Assembly (NCBI GenBank): GCA_023245235.1
Contig: JAHFKT010000002.1
Span: forward strand, 16,803 to 62,982
Origin: Candidatus Yanofskybacteria bacterium
GTDB lineage: Bacteria; Patescibacteriota; Minisyncoccia; 2-02-FULL-40-12; GWA2-44-9
Length of the DNA stretch: 46,180 nucleotides
Reading direction: 5' to 3'
Shown: piece by piece, positions 8,423 through 15,805 of the stretch
Layout of the letters: each line of letters starts with the position of its first letter
How positions within the stretch are numbered: the stretch's first letter is position 1
Translations under genes and position numbers: made by a program
The notes under the pieces: generated by a model
Databases searched by the model: none
The model's input: only the letters and a program-made list of their open reading frames with translations
Told to the model about the DNA's origin: nothing

Positions 8423-8811
8423 TATTTTGTTGCGGGTGTAGGTGTCGGTGCGTTATGGGTGTGGCCACGGGTGAACTCCACTAATGCCATTTCGGCACCG
8501 TCGGATTTACGCTGGCCCAAACGGATCATGCGGGTGTAACCGCCCTGGCGGTCGGCGAACTCGCGGGCAAGCTCGCCCATCAGTTTCTTGACGGCTTTTT
8601 CACCGACATGCCCGAGCAGCTCTCTCCGGGCGTTCAGATTCTGGCGTTTGGCCAGCGTGACCAGCCGGTCCATGACCGGGATGAGGGACTTGGCCTTGGC
8701 CTGGGTCGTCTTGATCTGGCCGTGGTCTATCAATGCCGTCGCCAGCCCTTTGTAGAGGGCGTTGCGGAGCTTGGTCGTGAGTCCGAATTTTCGGTGATAG
8801 CCGCGTCGCAT
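8422..8811 (-). CDS. rplQ: 50S ribosomal protein L17
   Basis: IKTTQAKAK, RQGGYTRMIRLGQRKSDGAEMALVE. Confidence 0.96.
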   Translation of the reverse strand: MRRGYHRKFGLTTKLRNALYKGLATALIDHGQIKTTQAKAKSLIPVMDRLVTLAKRQNLNARRELLGHVGEKAVKKLMGELAREFADRQGGYTRMIRLGQRKSDGAEMALVEFTRGHTHNAPTPTPATK

Positions 8812-8817
8812 GGGTGA

Positions 8818-9558
8818 TTACTTGGATTTCTTTTTAGCTTTGGGTTCTTTCTTCTCTTTTACTTCTTTCACTTCCGGTACCGCCACTTCCGAAACGACTC
8901 TGAAATGGTCGATAAGGATCTCGGCCGCTTTCTTCATGGCCGCTTCGGGCTGGAGCGAACCGTCGGTCTCAAGTTCCATGGTGATCTTGTTGAAATCGAT
9001 GCGGTGGCCGACACGGACGTCCTCTATCTTGAAATTGACCACCTGGACCGGCGAGAAGGCCGCGTCGATGGCGATGACGCCGATGGCGAGCTTTTCTTTT
9101 GCGCGCTGTTCGACGGGAACGTAGCCGATGCCTTTTTCGATATCAAGCTCCATCGAGAACTCGGTTTTCTTGTCGGTGAGGGTGGCGATATGCTGGTCGG
9201 CATTGATGACCTCGACATCGGCATTGGCCTTGATGTCGCGGGCGGAGACTGTTTTCTCGCCCTTGACCTCAAGGTGCAGTTTGACCGGTCCGTCGCCGTG
9301 AAGATTGAACCGGATCTTCTTTACATTCAGAATGATCTGGATGACGTCTTCAAGGACTCCCGGGATGCTTGAGAACTCATGGTCAACCTTGCCGATCTTG
9401 ATGGAGGTGACGGCCGAACCTTCGAGCGAGGACAATAAGGCCCGGCGCAACGGGTTTGCGATGGTGGCGCCGTATCCCGGCATCAACGGTCCGATCTCAA
9501 ACGTGGCCCAGTTGGCGTTCTTCGCTATTACTTTGACTTGTTCCGGTAGCTGTATCAT
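8818..9558 (-). CDS. rpoA: RNA polymerase alpha subunit (N-terminal domain only)
   Basis: GPLMPGYGATIANPLRRALLSSLEG, HEFSSIPGVLED, DAAFSPV; position between rpsD and rplQ. Confidence 0.96.
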   Translation of the reverse strand: MIQLPEQVKVIAKNANWATFEIGPLMPGYGATIANPLRRALLSSLEGSAVTSIKIGKVDHEFSSIPGVLEDVIQIILNVKKIRFNLHGDGPVKLHLEVKGEKTVSARDIKANADVEVINADQHIATLTDKKTEFSMELDIEKGIGYVPVEQRAKEKLAIGVIAIDAAFSPVQVVNFKIEDVRVGHRIDFNKITMELETDGSLQPEAAMKKAAEILIDHFRVVSEVAVPEVKEVKEKKEPKAKKKSK

Positions 9559-9604
9559 GTGTTTTTGGTTCTTCGCCTTAATAATCAGCGCATGGCCATT
9601 GTTA

Positions 9605-10240
9605 TTACCGCGAATAAAACTCGATTATTGCCTGCAGGTCGGTCGGCTGGATACCGCTTTCTTCGGTGGTGGCCTGGCCCTTTACGGTCGCGGTCATCGT
9701 ATCTTTGTCCAACTGGAGCCACGAAGGCGGATCGTGCTTGGGCAGCCATTCCGGGACCAAGTTCATGAAATAAGCGGATTTCTTGGAACCTTCCCTGACG
9801 GAAATGATGTCGCCGATGGAAACATGGGCCGAAGGGATGCCGCACTTGCGGCCGTTGACCAGTATGTGGCCGTGGTTGACGAGCTGGCGGGCCTGGTCGC
9901 GGGACTGGCCGAGGCCCATGCGGTAGACCACGTTATCGAGCCGGTGCTCAAGCGCGTTGAGGATGGTCCCGTACGGTTCTTTTCTCGAGGCGACGGCCTG
10001 CTTGATGGAGTTCTTGAACTGCTTCTCAAGCATGCGGTAGGTGTTCCTTACTTTCTGTTTGGCTTTCAGCTGCTGGCCGAACTCCGACAGTTTGCGGCTC
10101 GGCTTGCGGCCCTGCTGGCCGGGCGGATACGGCTTTTTGGTGATGGACGTTTTGCCCATGACCGAACGCAGGCCCTTGATGCCGATCTTTTCGCCGATGC
10201 GCCGCTCTATTTTTTCTCGTGGTCCGGTATATCTTGCCAT
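9605..10240 (-). CDS. rpsD: 30S ribosomal protein S4
   Basis: MARYTGP, LEHRLDNVVYRMG, ARQLVNHGHI, IIEFYSR. Confidence 0.97.
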   Translation of the reverse strand: MARYTGPREKIERRIGEKIGIKGLRSVMGKTSITKKPYPPGQQGRKPSRKLSEFGQQLKAKQKVRNTYRMLEKQFKNSIKQAVASRKEPYGTILNALEHRLDNVVYRMGLGQSRDQARQLVNHGHILVNGRKCGIPSAHVSIGDIISVREGSKKSAYFMNLVPEWLPKHDPPSWLQLDKDTMTATVKGQATTEESGIQPTDLQAIIEFYSR

Positions 10241-10252
10241 GGTAGTAAAATG

Positions 10253-10705
10253 TTATACGCGTCGCGGTTTCTTACGTCGGACGCCGTTATGCGCGATCGG
10301 GGTCGCATCCTGGATAGCCAGAATGTTCATGCCGGTGCCGGCCAGTCCGCGGATAGCCGATTCACGGCCGGGGCCGATGCCCTTGATAATGATCTTAATG
10401 TTGGTCAGGTTGTATTTCTTGGCTTTCTCGATGCAGTCCTTAGCGACCATATTGGCAGCATAGGGAGTCGATTTCTTGGTGCCTTTGAACCCGAGCAGGC
10501 CGGCCGATGACCATGAAATGACCTGGCCCTTGGAATCACTGACCGAGATGAGCGTGTTGTTATATGAAACGTTTATGACCGCGATGCCGTTGATGACCTG
10601 TTTCTTGGCGTTCTTTTTCTGAGTGTCCGAACCCGCCGCCGGCTGTTGTTCGGAAGTGGCGGCCTGAGGCGCGTCTTCTTTTGTGATTATTTTCTTTTTA
10701 CCCAT
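10253..10705 (-). CDS. rpsK: 30S ribosomal protein S11
   Basis: GFKGTKKSTPYAA, GPGRESAIR, DATPIAHNG. Confidence 0.97.
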   Translation of the reverse strand: MGKKKIITKEDAPQAATSEQQPAAGSDTQKKNAKKQVINGIAVINVSYNNTLISVSDSKGQVISWSSAGLLGFKGTKKSTPYAANMVAKDCIEKAKKYNLTNIKIIIKGIGPGRESAIRGLAGTGMNILAIQDATPIAHNGVRRKKPRRV

Positions 10706-10726
10706 CGTGGTTATCTATATGAGCGA

Positions 10727-11113
10727 TTATGTCTTCTCTCCTGCGGGTTTGCGGCCCGAACCCATCGTCTTCCGGACATTGCCGCGGGTCGTGCGGGAAT
10801 TAGTCTTGGTCCGGCCGTGAAGCGGCAGACGGCGCGCGTGCCGGACACCCTTCCAGGTGCCGATCTCTTTCAGGCGTTTCACGTTCTGGCTGATCTCCCG
10901 GCGGAGGTCGCCCTCTACACGGTAGCTCTTTTCGATGAGCTTCTGGATCTTATTCATCTCGTCGGCGGTCAGGTCTTTGGCGCGCTTGTTCGGATCAACT
11001 CCGACAGACCGCAAGATAACAGCGCTGGCCGTCTGGCCAATGCCGTAGATGTACTGCAGAGAGTACTCTATTTTCTTGTTATCGGGAATATTGATACCGA
11101 GAATGCGTGGCAT
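10727..11113 (-). CDS. rpsM: 30S ribosomal protein S13
   Basis: PRILGINIP, IYGIG, VEGDLRR, RTKTNSRT. Confidence 0.97.
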   Translation of the reverse strand: MPRILGINIPDNKKIEYSLQYIYGIGQTASAVILRSVGVDPNKRAKDLTADEMNKIQKLIEKSYRVEGDLRREISQNVKRLKEIGTWKGVRHARRLPLHGRTKTNSRTTRGNVRKTMGSGRKPAGEKT

Positions 11114-11122
11114 ATGTTTTGT

Positions 11123-11236
11123 TTAACCCTGGCGCTGTTTATGCTTCGGATTCGTGCATAAGCAATAGAGCCGACCCTTTCGTCGGACCAATTTGCAGTT
11201 CGTACACATCTTTTTTACACTTGCTCGTACTTTCAT
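11123..11236 (-). CDS. rpmJ: 50S ribosomal protein L36 (not in ORF track)
   Basis: manual translation [37 protein letters not shown]. Confidence 0.96.
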   Translation of the reverse strand: MKVRASVKKMCTNCKLVRRKGRLYCLCTNPKHKQRQG

Positions 11237-11244
11237 GTTATACG

Positions 11245-11315
11245 TTGTATAATCTGCTCGTTCGGACAAAGTGTAAGCTCAGCCTCCACTTTGCTCCTCA
11301 CTCACGATTATAACT
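11245..11315 (-). repeat. palindromic intergenic element between infA and rpmJ
   Basis: TATAATC...GATTATA and CAAAGTG...CACTTTG nested arms, GAGGAGCAA motif on minus strand. Confidence 0.5.
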
Positions 11316-11346
11316 TGCGCGTTACGTTCTAATTTCTGATTCTTTA

Positions 11347-11562
11347 TTAATAACGATACGTGATCCTGCCCCGGGAACCGTCCGGGCTCAGTTCGACCGC
11401 AACTCTGTCGCCGATCATGACCTTGATATAGTGAAGCCGCATTTTGCCGGCCAGATATACAAGCACCTCACGGCCGTCTTCCAGCTGGACTTTGAATTTC
11501 GTGTCCGGAAGGGCCTCGATGACCACAGCGTTGAGTTTTTCTTTTTGCGGTTGGTTGGGCAA
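11347..11562 (-). CDS. infA: translation initiation factor IF-1 (probable TTG start)
   Basis: VIEALPDTKFKV, AGKMRLHYIKVMIGDRVAVELSP, RGRITYR. Confidence 0.95.
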   Translation of the reverse strand: MPNQPQKEKLNAVVIEALPDTKFKVQLEDGREVLVYLAGKMRLHYIKVMIGDRVAVELSPDGSRGRITYRY

Positions 11563-11682
11563 TTGATTACTGAAAAAATTAAGCCACTCATAAAGTGGTA
11601 GAAAGGGGTTCACCACTTAATAATCATGGGGACCCCGGATTGGAGCCTAGCCCCGATCGCGGGAGGATTTCTCAGCCCTGGT

Positions 11683-11711
11683 ATGGTAGCAAAATACCCG
11701 GGCCATGTCAA
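11683..11711 (-). promoter_or_regulatory. sigma70 promoter of infA-rpsI operon
   Basis: TTGACA-17 bp-TACCAT with extended -10 TG. Confidence 0.75.
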
Positions 11712-11716
11712 CACGG

Positions 11717-13591
11717 TTAATAGGACAATATGATATGGACCCGGCTCCGGTCGTGCGGAATTGACCTGACCCATAGCGGGGACAAAAGGACATTGGCTGA
11801 CGCGACATCCGGAAGGCCCTTCAGGTAATCCCGGATCTGAGTGCCATTTTTACCTATCAGGTCCGATATAAGCCGCTCCTGGTCTATCTTTTTGAATCCC
11901 GGACCTTTGACCGAAACGGTGAAGCTCAGGGCGTTCGTGATCGGATTGAACTGGATGTTCTGGTATTCCACGGCCAAAGAGTCGGCCCGTGCGACCAGGC
12001 TGTACTTAGCGTCGACATATTGGCTGATAAGCCCCTGAAGGTCAGACTCTTTGAATCCGACGGTTTTGAGCGAGCCGGCGATATTCATAGTGAACGTATC
12101 GGCGGCATCATCGACCGCGGCCGTTGAATCGACCTTGTCGACATTGACCTGGGAATCGCCGATGACCTTCAATCCGGCGATCTCCGACTTCAGTTCGTCG
12201 CTGACCGACGTCTTCAGCCGGTCCGTCAATGTGTCTTTGGCCTGGCTGTAATCGCCGGCCGCCACGACGCTTGCCTTACCGCTGGTGCCGCCGTGCATCG
12301 CGGCATCGGATTGGCCGTAAATGTTTTCGTACTTTACCGCGTCTCCTTTTTCGTGGAATGCGGGGATGGTGAATGTTCCGGCGGCGATATTAAAATCCTG
12401 GCCGGCTTTATCGGCTATGACCTGAATGATGACCTTGCCCGGCACCGTGGAATTTTTAGCGGCCGGAACTATCACTCCCTGCAGGGTGTGGAAGATATGA
12501 TGATCCGCCGACTCAAAGCGCGTCGTGGCGACCAACTGCTGGGCGGCGGAAGTTTTATTATACGCGGTAATGATACCGCGGGCCTTCTGGGCGACGTCCT
12601 GCGATCCGGTCGCATGGAAATCCTGCGATACCTTTTTTTCGATCGTGAACAGCTGCCCCGGGATCTTCAGGTCGCCGACGCTTACCGACGAAACCGTGTC
12701 GGCCGCGGTCACGTTCAATTTAAGGTCGAGAGGTTCCGATTGAGGCTTGATGGTGATCTCGGCGGTTCCGGTCGAAATGTATATGACGACGCCGAACAGT
12801 ACCAGCGCGACTGCGCCAAAGCCGACCATCGTACGATGGTAGCCGTTTTTGGGCGTGAACTTCTTGACCGAAAGTTTGGGTCCGGGCCATGAGGACCAGA
12901 AACTCGGTATCGCTTTCTTAGCCGGCATGACGGACGTGCCTGATTGCCAGACGGTTTTTATCTCATCCAGCGCCCGCCGTTCAAGGGCCTCGCTTTTAAA
13001 ATCATGGTGAACATCTATGGGAGCCCGTTTTTCACGGACAGCGGAAATTTTCACATCCCGCTTTTTATCATAATCCACCTGAACGATATCCTGCATCTTG
13101 CGGGAAGGGGCGGCCGGTGCTTCGATTTCGTCCTCCTCATCTTGTCCGCCGTCATCGGCCGGTTGTTCGTCAATCGCCTGCTCATCCGGAACTTCCGGCC
13201 GCGAGGGTTCAGGCACCGGCTTTGGTTGAACGACCGGCGCCGGAGTTTGTTCGTAGAAATCTTCAATCTCGTTGACCATACTGATGGAGCCCGATTCACT
13301 GCGGGGCGTGCCGGACTTCCTGACCGGCGAGGATGAGCGCGTCAACAGGACGTCAAAGCCGTATTTTTTGGCCATTTCGTTGAGTTCCGCGTTCGAACAA
13401 AGAAATGAAACGGCCTTGCCGAGCTGTTTTGTTTCCTTCTTGAGCTCGGAGAAATGCTCTTCTTTTTGAAATGCTTTCGAACGTTTGGGCAGGACGAAGA
13501 TAACCTCCTCGGCCGGCGTTGCTTTGAAGAGTTCGAGGATCTCCTTAAAGGAGTCATCCTTTAAAACATTGATAATCTTTGTTGAAGCCAT
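11717..13591 (-). CDS. membrane-anchored baseplate J/gp47-like domain protein
   Basis: N-terminal domain, acidic linker, single TM, KARGIITAYN...LVATTRF...ADKAGQDFNI...GGTS, terminal LSPLWVRSIP. Confidence 0.7.
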   Translation of the reverse strand: MASTKIINVLKDDSFKEILELFKATPAEEVIFVLPKRSKAFQKEEHFSELKKETKQLGKAVSFLCSNAELNEMAKKYGFDVLLTRSSSPVRKSGTPRSESGSISMVNEIEDFYEQTPAPVVQPKPVPEPSRPEVPDEQAIDEQPADDGGQDEEDEIEAPAAPSRKMQDIVQVDYDKKRDVKISAVREKRAPIDVHHDFKSEALERRALDEIKTVWQSGTSVMPAKKAIPSFWSSWPGPKLSVKKFTPKNGYHRTMVGFGAVALVLFGVVIYISTGTAEITIKPQSEPLDLKLNVTAADTVSSVSVGDLKIPGQLFTIEKKVSQDFHATGSQDVAQKARGIITAYNKTSAAQQLVATTRFESADHHIFHTLQGVIVPAAKNSTVPGKVIIQVIADKAGQDFNIAAGTFTIPAFHEKGDAVKYENIYGQSDAAMHGGTSGKASVVAAGDYSQAKDTLTDRLKTSVSDELKSEIAGLKVIGDSQVNVDKVDSTAAVDDAADTFTMNIAGSLKTVGFKESDLQGLISQYVDAKYSLVARADSLAVEYQNIQFNPITNALSFTVSVKGPGFKKIDQERLISDLIGKNGTQIRDYLKGLPDVASANVLLSPLWVRSIPHDRSRVHIILSY

Positions 13592-13614
13592 CTACGTTAA
13601 AGAGTTACGCTTCT

Positions 13615-14793
13615 TTATTCGGGCTGAGTCTTTTCGCGTTTTTCCTCGCGGTCGATCTCGAGTTCTTCCTCCTCGGGCGTAGTGTCGGCGGGATCGCCGT
13701 CCAGATCGCCGGTATATTCGGAATCAATTCCTGTCGGGTTCGGCTTTTTATCCTGATCCTGCTCTGACTCATCCTGAACTCTGTCGAATTCTTTGGCGAC
13801 GTCTTCCTCACTGACTTTTGGTTTAGGTTTATTCATATTGCCAGTATACCACGGGTCAAGTATTCCATCTATATCTTCAGCACGCCGAACAGTCATGAGA
13901 GCTGCCCTTAATTCTTTGGCGCCGTCAAAATCATTGATATATACCTTTATGAACCTTTTCATGACATCGAAATTTTTGTCCGAACCCCACAATTGAGTAA
14001 ACAATCCGATATGTTTTTTCATGAGAGCTATCTTATCCCGGGGTGTTTTTGAGGCAGGATCCACGGCCGGGTCAAAGAACCAGGGATTCAAAAAAACTCC
14101 CCGGCCGATCATGATGCCGTCGAGGCCGTAGCGGCTCGCCTTCTCGATTCCTTCAGCATGGCTCATGACATCACCGTTGCCGACGATCGGAATGCCGGCT
14201 TTACGGCACAGCACGGCCGCTTTACCGATCTCGTCCCAGTGGGCGGGAACTTTGGACATTTCCTTCATCGTCCGGCCGTGAATAATGATAGCGGCCGGAC
14301 CCGCTTCTATAAGATGCGAGATCCATTCTTCGGTGATTATTTTATTGTAGCCGATGCGGGTCTTGACCGAGACCGGCAGACCGCCGGCCCCGCGCTTGGT
14401 CTCACGGATTATTTCTTTAGCCAGTTCCGGATTGAGTATCAGACCGGCCCCGCTGTCCTGCTTCACTATTTTTCCGGCCGGACAGCCCATATTGATATCG
14501 ATGCCGTCAAAGCCGAGTTCTTTGGCGAGCTGAGCGCATTTGAAAAAGTTCTCCGGTTTGGAACCGAAAAACTGGGCCACGACCGGCCGTTCATTATCGG
14601 AGAATGCAAGATGCGGAAGAAGTTTCGGCCGGCCCTTCTCGGAACAGAGTCCGTCGCATGATACGAACTCCGTAAATAAAACATCCGGCTTGCCGCATGA
14701 GACCACGATCTGCCGGAAGGCCATATCGGTCACATCGGCCATCGGCGCCAGAATAAAAAACGGTCTTTTGAGTTGTTGCCAGAAATTTTTCAT
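13615..14793 (-). CDS. dus: tRNA-dihydrouridine synthase with in-frame acidic C-terminal extension
   Basis: LAPMADVTD, GIDINMGCP, VSVKTRIG, IHGRT, GNGDV, MIGRG. Confidence 0.92.
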   Translation of the reverse strand: MKNFWQQLKRPFFILAPMADVTDMAFRQIVVSCGKPDVLFTEFVSCDGLCSEKGRPKLLPHLAFSDNERPVVAQFFGSKPENFFKCAQLAKELGFDGIDINMGCPAGKIVKQDSGAGLILNPELAKEIIRETKRGAGGLPVSVKTRIGYNKIITEEWISHLIEAGPAAIIIHGRTMKEMSKVPAHWDEIGKAAVLCRKAGIPIVGNGDVMSHAEGIEKASRYGLDGIMIGRGVFLNPWFFDPAVDPASKTPRDKIALMKKHIGLFTQLWGSDKNFDVMKRFIKVYINDFDGAKELRAALMTVRRAEDIDGILDPWYTGNMNKPKPKVSEEDVAKEFDRVQDESEQDQDKKPNPTGIDSEYTGDLDGDPADTTPEEEELEIDREEKREKTQPE

Positions 14794-14829
14794 GATGTCT
14801 ATCTACTTATTATAACGAAAACCCGAGCA

Positions 14830-15381
14830 TTAGGCTCGGGCGGTGTCTGATTGAAGCTGAAGCTCCGACTTATGACGCTCCAGCGGAATATACTCGTGAG
14901 CCAGTCTGACCAGTTCGCGGGATGCCTGTTTCTCCCATGAGACCACGATGGTATGGATCTTTCTGCGGCGCTCCTGGACCCGTTTCAGTAACGGGCAGAA
15001 ATCGCCGTCGCCGGAAAAGAGCATGATGGTGTCGACGGGACCGTTGTGGAGAGTGTCCATCACGTCGATGGCGATCTCCACATCATGATTGCCGAACGAA
15101 TGCACGGTCCCCTTTTGCGTGTCGTATACCCTCCGGATCTGCTTTTCGCGGACCGTGAATCCTTTGTCTTTGAGCATGTGCCCGAACCCGCTGCCATGCC
15201 GCTCATGTTCGAGCCGCATGATGTCGAAATCGATGATATAGATGAACCGGTTGGTAACGGTACCGAACCGGTCGGTCAGTTCGATCAGGCGGTCAAAATC
15301 CATGTCCCAGCCGCGGTTGGTCGGGCAGATGTTATGGAAATCAATGAATACGCTGACGAGTGCCTGTTCCGGCATTTTCAA
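14830..15381 (-). CDS. NYN-domain (LabA/DUF88, PIN-like) ribonuclease
   Basis: VFIDFHN, GNHDVEIAIDVM, LFSGDGDFCPL, SRELVRLAHEYI. Confidence 0.88.
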   Translation of the reverse strand: MKMPEQALVSVFIDFHNICPTNRGWDMDFDRLIELTDRFGTVTNRFIYIIDFDIMRLEHERHGSGFGHMLKDKGFTVREKQIRRVYDTQKGTVHSFGNHDVEIAIDVMDTLHNGPVDTIMLFSGDGDFCPLLKRVQERRRKIHTIVVSWEKQASRELVRLAHEYIPLERHKSELQLQSDTARA

Positions 15382-15432
15382 TGTCCATTGATGCCCATAT
15401 ATTACAATTAAATTCTGATTTGGTCAAATAAA

Positions 15433-15460
15433 GCAAAGAGCGCCTGTGGAGGCGCTTTGC
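15433..15460 (-). terminator. intrinsic terminator of the 23S-like RNA
   Basis: minus strand GCAAAGCGCC-tccaca-GGCGCTCTTTGC followed by TTTATTT. Confidence 0.7.
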
Positions 15461-15469
15461 AAAGAACCA

Positions 15470-15763
15470 GTCGAGGATGCCTGTGCGGGCTCATCCGTCC
15501 CGCCAGCATGGCCGCAAAACGATGTTGTTGTGCGGAGCGGCAATGCTGTGTTTAGGCTTACCTGTGATCAGCAGGTGGATTCCCTTGGGTTTCGTCGGTA
15601 TTGCCCGGCGTGACTTATGCCCGAGGTACTCAGGAGCCGGTTAGCTTGATCCTGCGATGGTTCAAGCAGATAGCCGGTCCTACAACCCCAGCCGGCACGG
15701 CTGGTTTGGCCTGATCCCGTCACTGGGACTCACTGTTGTTTTGCTCAACAGACATCCCTCGAC
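15470..15763 (-). ncRNA. candidate ncRNA mimicking the core of 23S rRNA domain I
   Basis: terminal 15-bp stem; collinear 23S motifs AAAACAACAGUGAGUCCC, GGGAUCAGGCCAAACC, GGGGUUGUAGGAC, UCCUGAGUAC, GGAAUCC, AAGCCUAAACAC; own promoter and terminator. Confidence 0.75.
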
Positions 15764-15770
15764 AAGATCT

Positions 15771-15800
15771 ATGATAACAGAGCCCGGAGCCGGTCGTCAA
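15771..15800 (-). promoter_or_regulatory. sigma70 promoter of the 23S-like RNA
   Basis: TTGACG-18 bp-TATCAT with extended -10 TG; predicted +1 near 15764. Confidence 0.65.
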
Positions 15801-15805
15801 AGATG

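Noticed and set aside
9305-11161. Long plus-strand ORFs (401 aa, 171 aa and others)
   Set aside because: Antisense shadows of rpoA/rpsD/rpsK/rpsM
15548-15742. Simple 23S rRNA pseudogene fragment
   Set aside because: Helix-precise deletions, a compensatory pair, a new closing stem and own promoter/terminator argue against passive decay. This is not formally excluded.
15470-15763. RNase P RNA, tmRNA, SRP or 6S RNA as the identity of this ncRNA
   Set aside because: Size and closing stem suggest rnpB, but GAGGAAAGUCC and the P4 partner are missing. It has no tRNA-like ends, no SRP helix-8 motif, and it is multibranched rather than a rod.
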